64,000 nt of DNA from a cyanobacterium endosymbiont of Rhopalodia gibba (GCA_045159875.1 CP067995.1:288001-352000); one strand, 5' to 3'; shown: positions 31,240-42,197, counted from the first letter of the stretch. The notes: generated by a model from the letters alone, not told the origin. Numbers and translations: made by a program.

Positions 31240-32037
31240 ATGTTTAAAACTCAAGAATTACGGATTGGTTGGCTCTATCCCACCTTAATGAGTACCTATG
31301 GTGATCGCGGTAACGTCATCTGTCTTCAACGTCGTTGTCAATGGCGTGGACTCAATGTTACTATTGTCCCTATCACTCAGGAAACAGAAGCCTCGATATT
31401 CAAAGAGATCGATATCATTGTCGGAGGTGGGGCGCAAGATCGTCAACAAGAGATCGTGATGCGAGATTTACGAGGAGCTAAAGCTGAGGCTTTTAAGGAT
31501 AAAGTTGAAGAAGGAACCCCTGGAGTGTTTACCTGCGGTTCTCCTCAACTTTTGGGTCATTACTATGAACCTGCTTTAGGACGACGCATTGAGGGCTTAG
31601 GTTTACTGGATTTAGTTAGTAAACATTCAGGGGCGAATGTGTCTCGTTGTATTGGTGATATTGTCTTTGAAATCACTTCTAGTCCCCTAGCAGAAGCTTT
31701 AAGGAAAGAATTAGGGAAACCTCCGATTATCATCGGGTTTGAGAATCATGGAGGACGGACTTATTTAGGAAAAGTTAAACCTTTAGGAAAAGTGATTAAA
31801 GGGTATGGGAATAACGGGGAAGATGGTTATGAAGGAGCTTTTTATCGTCATGTGATCGCTACTTATTGCCACGGACCTTTGTTACCTAAAAATCCTTTTA
31901 TTGCTGACTGGTTAATTCAAACAGCTTTACAAGAAAAATATCAAGCTGAAATTTCCTTAGACCCTCTTGACGATTCTCTCGCAGAACAAGCTAGGAAAGC
32001 CATGTTAAAACGCCTTAAAGTTAATTGTGTAGTATAA
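31240..32037 (+). CDS. type 1 glutamine amidotransferase, GatD/CobQ-like
   Basis: LYPTLMSTYGDRGN, GGGAQD, TCGSPQLLG, GFENHGGRT, TY.HGPLLPKNP. Confidence 0.9.
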   Translation: MFKTQELRIGWLYPTLMSTYGDRGNVICLQRRCQWRGLNVTIVPITQETEASIFKEIDIIVGGGAQDRQQEIVMRDLRGAKAEAFKDKVEEGTPGVFTCGSPQLLGHYYEPALGRRIEGLGLLDLVSKHSGANVSRCIGDIVFEITSSPLAEALRKELGKPPIIIGFENHGGRTYLGKVKPLGKVIKGYGNNGEDGYEGAFYRHVIATYCHGPLLPKNPFIADWLIQTALQEKYQAEISLDPLDDSLAEQARKAMLKRLKVNCVV

Positions 32038-33024
32038 AAGAATACATGAAAATATCTATTAGTATTTGAGATACTAACAATTTTATTGCTTACTGCTGGA
32101 ATATATTGTTTCATTATTAGCTCAACCAGTAAGATGCTCGTAGAGCTTCTACAATCTCATTGTTAAAAACGACCAATAGATGAACTGTAAACTCAAACCT
32201 GTAATTTTTTTTAAAAAACCATATTTTTACGCTTAAGCTGATATCGACTATTAAAATTTTTTCGTTTATTAACTTTAATATATCTAAATGAAAACCACTA
32301 TGAGATAAAGAACAAATATAGATGAATCAACGATTTAAATCCATTTAAAATTTTAAAAATAGATCATTCGGATGATATTAGCTGATATATCTTAATCTCG
32401 TTATACATTGATGATGAATTACTTATGAATATAGCAGAGTAAAGTTCGAGATTTATAACATTTTTCCCATAAGTAGAGATGCTTATTCATACCTAATAAC
32501 TTTTGTTGCAAACGCAAAAAAAAATTTAGATAACTGTTTTACTTCTAAGGATTTAAATGGATTTAACTTTCTATTTCGTTACAGGTTTGTACATAGAGAA
32601 TTAGTAAAAATACAGTAGAAGCTAAAATGAATAGAATAGGTTAATAGCGATAACGCCAAAAGTATTAACTAAAATGTATCCCCTTCTTTTGTTTCTTTAA
32701 ATAAAAATTGACTACTTTTGGAAAATCATTTTATTCTGTTGTAGAGACTGATATAATTTCACAATCTTGTTTAGCAGTAGAAACCCGTTAATAATTTATA
32801 AAAGTATCATCAAAGATCACGCACTTCATCAGTTAATCTCACCTGAACTGAATGAACTATAACATATCTTATTGCCTATAGAAACAAGCACTTGGAATCA
32901 CTTTACTCAGGCATTCTCAAGAAATTATTGAACCTCGATAGATGGAAGTTATGAAGACTATTAAGTAAAAAGTTGCTCTGTTAGTTGGCAGTTAATGTTT
33001 GTTCCTTGTGTTCCCCACCCATAG

Positions 33025-33372
33025 TTACCTCTCACTGTACTTCTTTTTATTGCTCAAAGGTACACCTAAAGGAGATGAGCAGGATTTAGTTTTAACTTTA
33101 ACTGATTCATTAACCAATGTTTGACAGGATAAGCGATAATTATTGGGTTTTTTCTTAAGTGCGCGCTATTCAAGCTTTGTTCTTGGTGACAAATTTTCTA
33201 TACCTTCAACAATTTCTACGATACAAGTCTCACATTGACCATAACCCCCACAATTAATGAGTTTTCCCTTTAAAGTATAGAGATCAATCTGATTTTGCAG
33301 AGCCCTTTCTCTTAGGTTAGCTCCTTGAGCTGTTGCAACGTCTTTATTTTCCTTAACAAAAAAAATAGTCAT
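33025..33372 (-). pseudogene. 2Fe-2S ferredoxin (Ssl3044/PnsB3-like) with an internal TAG stop
   Basis: [33 protein letters not shown]...LSPRTKLE* continues in the same frame as RALKKKPNNYRLSCQTLVN. The stop at 33166-33168 precedes the fourth Cys ligand. Confidence 0.9.
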
Positions 33373-33485
33373 CTGTCTTTATCATCCGAATTTAAGTTTT
33401 TAAGATTCTTCTATATTTTTAATAAGTTTTAACACTTGGCTAATCTTAACTAACAATTTTGTTTGAGTTAAGTAGTATCTATTAT

Positions 33486-34256
33486 CTATGTGCCTCTAAC
33501 GGGAACTTGGCGATCACGTAAGTATTCTTTTACTTCACCGATGGTTAACTTACCGCAATGAAGTAAAGAAGCTAATAAAGCAGCTTCAGCACGACCTTTA
33601 GAGAAGGATTCATAGATATGTTGACAATTTCCCGCTCCTCCAGAGGCAATTACTGGAATTTCTACCCGTTCAGCGATAGTGCGAATTAATTCCAGATCAT
33701 ATCCAGTCTGAGTTCCATCCGCATCCATACTGGTTACCAACAACTCCCCTGCACCCCGTCTTTCTACGTCTTGTGCCCACTCGATAGCATCTATCCCCGT
33801 ACCTTCTCGTCCTCCCCGCACATAGACCTCCCAGCCGTCATTATCAGGATATTTACGCCGTCTAGCATCAATAGCAACTACAATACACTGTTTACCAAAG
33901 CGATCGCTAGCACGGTTGATAAAATCTGGCTTACGAACAGCGGCGGAATTAATGCTAATTTTATCGGCTCCGGCCCTTAACAGATTTTTGATATTTTCTA
34001 TGGTTTGAATGCCACCCCCAACGGTTAAAGGAATAAAAATAGCTTCGGCAGTACGATAAACGACATCAATAATGGTGTCTCGTCCCTCATGAGTGGCAGT
34101 AATGTCGAGAAAGATTAATTCATCAGCCCCCGCATCATTGTAAACTTTGGCTAATTCCACAGGATCTCCAGCATCTTGGAGATTAATGAAATTAACGCCT
34201 TTGACCACGCGACCTGCACTAACATCGAGACAAGGTAAAATTCGTTTAGCTAACAT
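33486..34256 (-). CDS. hisF: imidazole glycerol phosphate synthase subunit HisF
   Basis: [40 protein letters not shown]. Confidence 0.99.
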   Translation of the reverse strand: MLAKRILPCLDVSAGRVVKGVNFINLQDAGDPVELAKVYNDAGADELIFLDITATHEGRDTIIDVVYRTAEAIFIPLTVGGGIQTIENIKNLLRAGADKISINSAAVRKPDFINRASDRFGKQCIVVAIDARRRKYPDNDGWEVYVRGGREGTGIDAIEWAQDVERRGAGELLVTSMDADGTQTGYDLELIRTIAERVEIPVIASGGAGNCQHIYESFSKGRAEAALLASLLHCGKLTIGEVKEYLRDRQVPVRGT

Positions 34257-34343
34257 TTCGACGAGTTTTTTGGGGTAAATATGTAGTTTATTCTTAATAA
34301 TAAACTTAAAAAGTAATCACCGAAATCAGAGTTAATTTTCAGT

Positions 34344-35567
34344 TTAATTGTTCAGAGTTTCAATGTTTACTTCTCCTTTTTCGGTCATCCAAACGAGAGT
34401 TTTCACGTGACTTTTTAGCGCATAATTACGAATTTCTTCGGTAGAACGTCCCCCCAATTCTAGGGCTACTCTTAACTTTTCTGAGGACTGTCTAAGTTTT
34501 TGAGCATAATTCAAGGCCATTGATTGGGCGCGGGAAGTTTGAGCAATCACGAGAAAATCAATCACAGGAAGAGTTTGTGGCAAAATAACAGTGGTTAATA
34601 AATAAGTGTATAAGTCTTCAAGATTGAAAGAAAATCCAATACCTGGAGCTGATGTTTGTTGAGGATGGTAAACCCCAAGAAGTTTGTCATAGCGTCCTCC
34701 CTGACCTAAGATTTGTAATTGGTTGTTGCTTTTTCCCACAGCTTTAAACACAATTCCTGTATAGTAATCAAAAGTTTGAATTAAACTTAAATCCAAGGTA
34801 AATGGAAAAGGCTTTGGCCAGCTTGTTTCAATTAGTTCAACCAAGGATTTTAAATTATTAACACTTTTTTGTCCAGCCTGATTCAACTCTAATTGGACAA
34901 CTTTTTCGAGTACCTGAGCAGGAGTTCCCCGTAAATCAAACAATAATTTTCCTCGCTGTTGTAAGTCAATAGAAGGGTAGTCAAGATTTTCTAAGGTGAC
35001 ATAGTCAAGTTTAGCCAAACATTGACGCACTTGACTTTTGAGGGTACCTGGAAAGGGTTCAAGAAGCGATCTCGTCAAACTGGCTTCTCCTAAAATCAAA
35101 TGCCAATAGGGAGTTCCTAACTGTTCAAGACAATCAGCGACTAATAGTAAGATTTCCGCATCCGCTAACACTCCTCCCGAAAAAAGCAATTCTACCCCGG
35201 CTTGATAAAACTCTAATTGTTTTCCGTGATGACCCACCGGAGGATCTCGAAAAACATTTGCACGATAACAGAGGCGTTGGGGATAAGTAGTATCAGCCAT
35301 GCGAGTAACAGCAGTCCTGGCAATCGAGGCAGTTAGTTCTGGACGCAATCCTAATTGCCCGGCAGAACTATCCTGTAGTTGAATCACCGTTGAAGGATCA
35401 ATAGCTCCTCCGGCTATCAATGTTTCTAACCATTCAATGGTAGAAGTGACAACACGTTGATATCCCCATTGTCCAAAGACTTGTTGAAGAAGATCATTAA
35501 TCCAAGCCTTTTGTACAACTTCGAGGGGAAGTAAGTCTCTTGCTCCTGCGGGTGGTTGATGAATCAT
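34344..35567 (-). CDS. hisZ: ATP phosphoribosyltransferase regulatory subunit
   Basis: MIHQPPAGARDLLP, LRPELTASIAR, EFYQAGVEL, YYTGIVF, GGRYD. ATG at 35567. Confidence 0.95.
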   Translation of the reverse strand: MIHQPPAGARDLLPLEVVQKAWINDLLQQVFGQWGYQRVVTSTIEWLETLIAGGAIDPSTVIQLQDSSAGQLGLRPELTASIARTAVTRMADTTYPQRLCYRANVFRDPPVGHHGKQLEFYQAGVELLFSGGVLADAEILLLVADCLEQLGTPYWHLILGEASLTRSLLEPFPGTLKSQVRQCLAKLDYVTLENLDYPSIDLQQRGKLLFDLRGTPAQVLEKVVQLELNQAGQKSVNNLKSLVELIETSWPKPFPFTLDLSLIQTFDYYTGIVFKAVGKSNNQLQILGQGGRYDKLLGVYHPQQTSAPGIGFSFNLEDLYTYLLTTVILPQTLPVIDFLVIAQTSRAQSMALNYAQKLRQSSEKLRVALELGGRSTEEIRNYALKSHVKTLVWMTEKGEVNIETLNN

Positions 35568-35677
35568 AGTTTTCTTTTGCCTGTTGCTTGCTTTGTATTG
35601 TTTTGCCACATAAAGGGGAGGTTAAAGCCCTGTCTTTTAGCCTAGCGTAGCATTGCCTTTTACTAGTGGAGTAGGAA

Positions 35678-36562
35678 CTACTTTTTTGTCCAAAACAAAG
35701 AGTCAAAAAATTCTCCCTCAATTGATTTATCAGAAGATTGATTTTTGTCATTGCTCATCAGTTGAGCAAGAGATTTTTTAGCTTAAATACCCACCAATTG
35801 TTTAGAGTTGACTTGCGATATAAACCTTGGATATGATGAGTCATTTTTCTTCAAAAGAAGCCAATTCTAATGCTCCATGACATACTGAATTACTTAGTTC
35901 AGTTTTCAGGGCTTCTCGTAATTCTATAATGGCTTGGGATATTATATTCTTGAGGCTCAAGATATCAACGTGCCCGTCGAATAACAGAATAAACAACAAA
36001 AATAAGAGTTTTTTCAATCTCTAGCGGTTGTTTCGGGTATTCTAGATCTAGGCAGTGTAGGAGAAGATTTAATCCTATTTTTTTTCTTTACCGTATTCAT
36101 TATTTAGATAAACTAAATTTAATTCATTAAGTTAGACAGTTTTTACCAATGTTTAATCCAAGTCCTGATATTGTTCATAAGTTAAGGACTTAATTAACTT
36201 TTAGAGAAAATAAATGAGTGTTTTGAGTCAATGTAACTTGAAACAATTTGTAGGTAGTTTTAGTCCCTAAGGTAAAATACTGCTCAATATATCTAGCTAA
36301 ATACAGACCATTTGAGCTGGCTTTTCCAGAGCGTTTTCTAGGCAAGATTAACTTAGTTTTTATAACAACTTATTTTCTAGCTTTTTCCTGTTTTACCTTT
36401 ACAGGTATCAGAACGAAGACAAAAATATAAACATAAAGTAACTTTCAGGTAACGTTGGCTAATTTGCTTGATATTTAAATCCATCGGAAGTCCAAGAATT
36501 GTATCGTAATAGTGGTCGATGAGATCGTATTTAAATAGTCCTTATTAAATAGAAAAGCTCAC
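35678..36562 (-). pseudogene. J-domain + TPR protein (Sll1384-like) pseudogene
   Basis: MSFSI**GLFKYDLIDHY..ILGLP....KQISQRYLKV; LRSDTCK (decayed HPD motif); TPR QAIIELREALK...NSVCHG; C-terminal GEFFDSLF..KK*. Confidence 0.85.
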
Positions 36563-36680
36563 ACCAAATTCACAGCGCACCCCTTCAGTGACTGAAACTT
36601 CTCTTTTTTCTTATGTTGTTTCTACTGTATCTTCAAATACCAAATTTCTAGCTGTATAATTAGAACCATCTAGTGCTCAA

Positions 36681-37523
36681 CTATAGTGATTTTACTTGAT
36701 AAAAATTCTGTAGCCAGGGCAATGCTCCATCTAAAGCTTGACTCAAAACATGATGAATATGCCCGTTAGTAGCTAATAATCTCCCTGACTTAAGAATTAA
36801 AGTACTCTCATCATAAGCAGAGATTTTTCCCCCTGCTTCTTCTAAAATGATAATTCCTGCGCTAATATCCCAAGGTTTTAATCCTCTTTCCCAATACCCA
36901 TCGAGACGGCCACAAGCTACATTGGCTAAGTCAAGGGCGGCTGATCCTGCACGGCGCACCCCTTGAGTTATATGAGTTAAGTAACAAAATTCAGGATAGT
37001 TAGTATCTTGAGTCTCTCGGCGATCATAAGGAAATCCTGTGACTAGCAAACTATTACTTAATTCTGTGGTTTTGGAAACTCGAATAGGACGATAATTAAG
37101 GGTGGCTCCTAATCCTTTGGAGGCTCTAAATAACTCCTTTCTAAAGGGATCATAGATGGCTCCCACTTGGGGAATTCCCTCTATCAATAACCCGACAGAT
37201 ACGGCGTAAATAGGATAGCCATGGGCATAATTGGTGGTTCCATCGAGAGGATCAATTACCCAAAGATAATCACTCTCAGCTACTCCTAAGAGACCAGATT
37301 CTTCGGCTAAAATTTTATGTTGAGGAACTCGACGACGTAGAATATTTAAGATAGCTGCTTCCGCTGTTTTATCAGCTTCGGTTACTAAATCTCCAGGACG
37401 ACCTTTTTCCTCAATTTTTTCTAATTTACCCCAAAGATCTTGTAAAATTACTCCAGCATTCATCACCGCTTCTGTGGCAACCTCTAAGAGTATTTCTAGT
37501 TCGTTTTGACTTAGTTTATGCAT
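36681..37523 (-). CDS. suhB: inositol monophosphatase family protein
   Basis: DLVTEAD, ILAEE, WVIDPLDGTTNYAHG, RRAGSAALDL, WDISAG. Confidence 0.92.
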   Translation of the reverse strand: MHKLSQNELEILLEVATEAVMNAGVILQDLWGKLEKIEEKGRPGDLVTEADKTAEAAILNILRRRVPQHKILAEESGLLGVAESDYLWVIDPLDGTTNYAHGYPIYAVSVGLLIEGIPQVGAIYDPFRKELFRASKGLGATLNYRPIRVSKTTELSNSLLVTGFPYDRRETQDTNYPEFCYLTHITQGVRRAGSAALDLANVACGRLDGYWERGLKPWDISAGIIILEEAGGKISAYDESTLILKSGRLLATNGHIHHVLSQALDGALPWLQNFYQVKSL

Positions 37524-37616
37524 GATTAATAGTTAACAATGAACGATTATTTAATTATCTCTATTTTTTCCCAAAAATTGAGGAGATAATTGCTTATCAT
37601 TTATTAATTTAATTAT

Positions 37617-37974
37617 TATACATAAAAAATATAATTTTTTTTTCCTTTTCTAAAATGTTATTCAAATTGAATATCATAAACTTCATCTTTATTTTGAGTT
37701 TCTATTTCTAAGCCATATCAAGCATAACTCACACACAATAAAACATAACCTTTGTATTTCAATTTTGGAGATAATTCCACAGCTTCAAGTTAATAGACTT
37801 GTCCTGATAAAATATCTACAACACAGGCAGTACAAGCCCCATTTCTACACAAAAAAGCAAATGCTCTCCTTGTTCTTCCACGTTATGAAGAATTTAGTGA
37901 TTATCGAGGACTTCTAAGGTATATTTTTTTCTTTCTTGAGGATGGTTAATACGAACTGTATGGTAACCGTTCAT
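37617..37974 (-). pseudogene. fed2: ferredoxin Fed2/FdC2 (Sll1382-like) pseudogene
   Basis: MNGYHTVRI...DNH*ILHNVEEQG, frameshift, then CRNGACTACVV.ILSG.VY*LEAVELSP...GYVLLCVSYA*..LEIETQNKDEVYDIQF. The C-terminal extension and position upstream of suhB are diagnostic. Confidence 0.92.
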
Positions 37975-38138
37975 AGCTATACAAAACAGAGTACTAGTGA
38001 CAGTAGGAACAAACCTAGAGCTGATAATAACTCCGCTTTTTCTCTATGATAAACTTTCTTTCTTTTTTCGTAAATAATTAAGCTATTAAAACATTAATAT
38101 AAATTAAGTCCTTGATTATTTATCAGGTCAATTAATGT

Positions 38139-38969
38139 TTACTTGCAAAAATTTAACTTTTCTTGGATCGCCATAGCTAATTGAACATGAAGCTTATGAC
38201 TTGCTTTGTAGGCTAAAAAATGCCCTTGAGGAATGGTTCCTAATAAACTCAAATCCCCAATTAAATCTAATAATTTATGACGGGCAGGTTCATTCTCAAA
38301 TCTCAAAGGGAGATTCAACCATTTTTCGTGATCACACACCAAGGCATTTTCTAAACTCCCTCCCTGAATTAAACCTGCCTTTTGTAGTTTTTCAATTTGA
38401 TCAGCAAAACCAAAAGTTCTAGCAGGGGCGATTGCCTCTTCAAAGGATTCTATCCTAGGATTCCAACTGTACCACTGATTGCCAATAGCAGAGTAAGGAA
38501 AATCAATTCCATAGGTAAAGCGAATCTCAGAGGCAGGTACAGCAGCTACAAAAGCATCTCCATCCCTAATCCAAACCGGTTCTAATAAGGGAGAACCGGC
38601 GGACAGGGAAGAAGGACTAACACCCCCCTGAATCATCGCTTTAAACCATTCTTTAGCAGATCCATCCAATAACGGTACTTCTGGCCCATCAATTTCAATA
38701 CGGGCATCTTCAAGCCCAATGGCAATTAATGCGGATAGAAGATGTTCGACCGTACGAATGGCTACCTTTCCTTTACCTAATTCTGTTGATAAAGTCGTCT
38801 GACTAACTGAAGCTACCTCAGCACGAATTATAGGATTTTCTGGTAAATCTACCCTAACAAAATAGCGACCTTCTCCTGAAGGTGCAGGTAAAATACTTAC
38901 TTGAGTTTCCACCCCAGAATGTAACCCAACTCCTGATACTGTAATAACTTCTTTAACCGTAGAACTCAT
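38139..38969 (-). CDS. lpxC: UDP-3-O-acyl-N-acetylglucosamine deacetylase
   Basis: [47 protein letters not shown] at 38969. Confidence 0.97.
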   Translation of the reverse strand: MSSTVKEVITVSGVGLHSGVETQVSILPAPSGEGRYFVRVDLPENPIIRAEVASVSQTTLSTELGKGKVAIRTVEHLLSALIAIGLEDARIEIDGPEVPLLDGSAKEWFKAMIQGGVSPSSLSAGSPLLEPVWIRDGDAFVAAVPASEIRFTYGIDFPYSAIGNQWYSWNPRIESFEEAIAPARTFGFADQIEKLQKAGLIQGGSLENALVCDHEKWLNLPLRFENEPARHKLLDLIGDLSLLGTIPQGHFLAYKASHKLHVQLAMAIQEKLNFCK

Positions 38970-39039
38970 AATTATCCTCACTGCTATTAAGGGATAAAGA
39001 ATAGACAATCATCAATTACTATTTGTTCAAATATAATCT

Positions 39040-39813
39040 ATGTTACTTATTTAATCTCTAATTTTAATACTTCAGCTACTTGTGAGACCGTTAATCCTGA
39101 TTTGAGTAAACACAGAGAATAGAAGTTATCTTAGCGGCTAATTTTCTTTCTCATAGTCCTTCTTCATGTATATTTTAAAAGCATGGAGTTTATTTCAATA
39201 CATCTACACTAAAGATGCTATGCCCTCTACCTCCTGACAAGTCAAACGGGGTAATTTCTAAAAAAGAATCGTTCTATTAATTGCTATTAATTGAAAAAAA
39301 CTTGAAGTTAGTTAGGGTTTTCCTCAACTCTTTGAATAAATGAGCCGACGTTCGTTATTAATTGCGTTTTTGGACTTGTAATTAATCGTACCGTAGCTAA
39401 CCAAATATAAAATTGGTTGATCTACTTTAATTTTTTTAAAAAATTAAAGTAGATCAACCAGATTATAATCAGTCCCTATATCATTAAATCTTAGTTGTAT
39501 ATCCGACGATTAGGAGCAATTACATTCTTTTGCTAATTATTATTTATATTGGTTTTACTTATAGTAAAAAAATCGGCGAAGTACCAACCGTCTATAAAAT
39601 ATATTGTTAGTTCTAAATCAAACTTTACAGAAATAAATTGGAAGAGTTTTATTTAACATTTTTACGAAGAAAAACTCCATCAATCCGAAAAGCAAGTTGT
39701 TTAACTTTCACCGAATCAAGACGATAATCTTGCCCTCCAATTAAAGTGATTTGAAGTAATTTAAGAAAAATCGAGGGGAAAATTAAGAAAAATAATAAAA
39801 TCTGGTTTTTCAT
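39040..39813 (-). mobile_element. Rpn-family / DUF2887 putative transposase pseudogene
   Basis: FPSIFLKLL, YRLDSVKVKQLAFRIDGVFL, PIYFCKV*F, TILF*KLPRLTCQEVE, LLKSGLTVSQVAEVL. The ATG overlaps the bamA stop (TAATG). Confidence 0.87.
39414..39460. repeat. 47-bp perfect palindrome (23-bp arms, 1-nt centre)
   Basis: TGGTTGATCTACTTTAATTTTTT-T-AAAAAATTAAAGTAGATCAACCA, inside the DUF2887 remnant. Confidence 0.95.
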
Positions 39814-42197
39814 TAAAACCTTTCCCCAATACCAAAGTGAAGGCGAGAATCTCCCTCATTATTAACCCCATAGTCAACCCGAATTGGTCCAACTGGCGAT
39901 TGAATACGAACACCAAGGCCGTAACCATAACCATCACTAGGCAATCCTCGAATTGTGCCTGGAAATCCTCTTACTGAGCGTTGAGACTTAATTGTTGTCC
40001 CATAGTCAACAAAGACGGCTGCTCCAACTGCTGGAATTATAGGAAAGCGGTATTCTGCTGTTGCTTGGAAATAACTACGTCCATTTCCTAATTCTCCTTC
40101 ATCGTAACCACGCACCGAGTTACTTCCCCCAATAACAAAGGCTTCATAAGGAGGTAAATCCTCGAAAACTGTTCCGGCTTGGAAATTAAAGGCTAATGCT
40201 TGAGGTTTTGGTTGATCCTCATCAATAAAGCCTAAATCGATAAAATCTACAGGGATATAGTGACTATAGCTTCCTCGTAATCGGGTAAAGAAAATACTGC
40301 CTGAACCTACGGGTATAGTTTGTTCGACTCCTAATCGTAACAGATGACCACTCGTAGGACGTAATGGATTGTTACGAAAGTCCTGAGAAGCTCCAAAACT
40401 GATAGTAAACAGGTCATCCTTTCCCTCATCACTAAAGGCTAAGGGTTGAGAGGGAAAACCATTAAGAGGGGCTGACAAAGGCGCAATATCACCCTCCGCA
40501 TTTTCCACTTGAACCCGTTGATAGTTAAAGCCTAGGGATGTTCGCCAATCGGGTACACTGAAGGCATCATCCGCTAAAGGCCGTACAAAAGTTACCCCAC
40601 CCCCAGTCCGAACTACTCGTGGACTATCAAAGTCGTTGAGGGTTCTAATCGAAGAATCATCTCCATCAAAGACTAGAGAAATAGTCCGTCTACGAAATCC
40701 ATTAACCGTATAAGCCGTACGAAAAGGATCACCAGCAATCCAAGGATCGGTGAAATTGACATCAAAGAGTAATTCCCGTTCTCCAACTTGAACCTCACCC
40801 CCAATAGTTTGGTTATTTCCTCCTAGGTTTTGCTCTTGATAACTGACTGTTCCAAACAGTCCGCTAGTGGAACTAATCCCAGCTCCTGCAGCTAGAGATC
40901 CAGTATTTCCTTCTACTACATCCACATTAACAATAACTTCTCGCGGATCTTCTCCAGGGCTAAAAGAAATTCTGACATCTTCAAACAACCCTAAACTAAA
41001 TACTCTTTGCAAATCAGTTTGAGCGATTCTGCGGTTAAAAACATTCCCTGGTTCGAGTTGCATCTCACGAGTCACAATAAAAGAGCGTGTTCGACCATTA
41101 ATGGGTTCATCTTCTGCATCGAAAAATCTCACTTGTACGTCTTGAATTACCCCTTCAGATACCACTAGGGTTACAATTCCATCATCCCCAACTTTAGGAG
41201 AACCAATAACCTGGGCTAGATCATAGCCTTGTTCAGAATACCATTCATTAAGTTTTTGGATGCCGTTTTGTAATTCTCGTAGGTTAAGAATTGTTCTATA
41301 CTGCTCCCCAAAAATATCCTCAACAACTTCAGGTGGTAATGCTCTAGCTTCCTTATCTGTACCTGTTTCTACGATGACTTCACTCAGAGTTGGGTTAGGT
41401 TGCACATCGAAGGTAATGCGTACCCCTAAAGGTGTATCGGCAGGGGTAACTTTAACATTAGAAAAGAATCCAGTGGCATAAATTGCATTGACATCCTCTT
41501 GCAGCAGAGAGCGAGTAGCTGTTCGTCCTGGCCTAGTTTGAACAGTGTTATAGACTAGATTTCCTAGGTCTTCATCAACGCCACTAACTAAAACTTCTAC
41601 CACTAAAACCTTAGGTTCTTCCCCTGATACTTCTTCAATTAAAGGACTATCTGACGAGGATGGTTCAATAGGAGTTGGGATTTCCTGTGAGGTTGGTAAG
41701 TCCTCCGTTTCGGGTAATTTCATCTCAGATACTTTAATTTGCCCTTGAATATCCGTTGAAGAAGTTAAATCTGCCGCAATCACCTTCTTTAACTTGGAAA
41801 CCAAAGGAGTTTCCTGTTCTAAGGCTGATGAAATCTGAAAGTCTAAATATCCTGAGGTTACAGGCATTATTAATGCCGGAGTTTCTTGGGAAACAGCTGA
41901 ATAATGAGCCTTTAAATCTGTCAGAGAGGTTCTATCGCTTTCAGTAACGTCTTCCAATATAGAAACCGACGTAGATGCTAGTGCAGCTTTCCCCAGTATG
42001 ATGGAATTAGAGTCCATCATGCCCACTATAGTCTCTGAATTTTCCTCTTCGATAGTTCTTTCAATTAAAGGGACTATAGTTTCTCCCCTAATAGACTGGG
42101 CCAAGTTTAACACAGTGGCAGTCACGAAAGAAACTACCACCATAGGAGATAACCGTAATTTTTTAATCTCGTTTGACACTTCCACACACCCAATCAA
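39813..42197 (-). CDS. bamA: BamA/Omp85 outer membrane protein assembly factor
   Basis: Three POTRA domains (LQEDVNAIYATGFF), beta-barrel with GGSNSVRGY, C-terminal LHFGIGERF. The exact start is uncertain. Confidence 0.95.
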   Translation of the reverse strand: MIGCVEVSNEIKKLRLSPMVVVSFVTATVLNLAQSIRGETIVPLIERTIEEENSETIVGMMDSNSIILGKAALASTSVSILEDVTESDRTSLTDLKAHYSAVSQETPALIMPVTSGYLDFQISSALEQETPLVSKLKKVIAADLTSSTDIQGQIKVSEMKLPETEDLPTSQEIPTPIEPSSSDSPLIEEVSGEEPKVLVVEVLVSGVDEDLGNLVYNTVQTRPGRTATRSLLQEDVNAIYATGFFSNVKVTPADTPLGVRITFDVQPNPTLSEVIVETGTDKEARALPPEVVEDIFGEQYRTILNLRELQNGIQKLNEWYSEQGYDLAQVIGSPKVGDDGIVTLVVSEGVIQDVQVRFFDAEDEPINGRTRSFIVTREMQLEPGNVFNRRIAQTDLQRVFSLGLFEDVRISFSPGEDPREVIVNVDVVEGNTGSLAAGAGISSTSGLFGTVSYQEQNLGGNNQTIGGEVQVGERELLFDVNFTDPWIAGDPFRTAYTVNGFRRRTISLVFDGDDSSIRTLNDFDSPRVVRTGGGVTFVRPLADDAFSVPDWRTSLGFNYQRVQVENAEGDIAPLSAPLNGFPSQPLAFSDEGKDDLFTISFGASQDFRNNPLRPTSGHLLRLGVEQTIPVGSGSIFFTRLRGSYSHYIPVDFIDLGFIDEDQPKPQALAFNFQAGTVFEDLPPYEAFVIGGSNSVRGYDEGELGNGRSYFQATAEYRFPIIPAVGAAVFVDYGTTIKSQRSVRGFPGTIRGLPSDGYGYGLGVRIQSPVGPIRVDYGVNNEGDSRLHFGIGERF

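Noticed and set aside
29735..33168. In-frame TAG stops in DUF192 and the ferredoxin as possible amber recoding
   Set aside because: Intact genes (nblR, hisF, suhB, rpsD) end in TAG, DUF192 also has a frameshift, and other pseudogenes carry TAA and TGA stops.
35497..35751. 84-aa ORF overlapping the hisZ start
   Set aside because: It is an off-frame read across the J-domain pseudogene tail and the hisZ 5' end.
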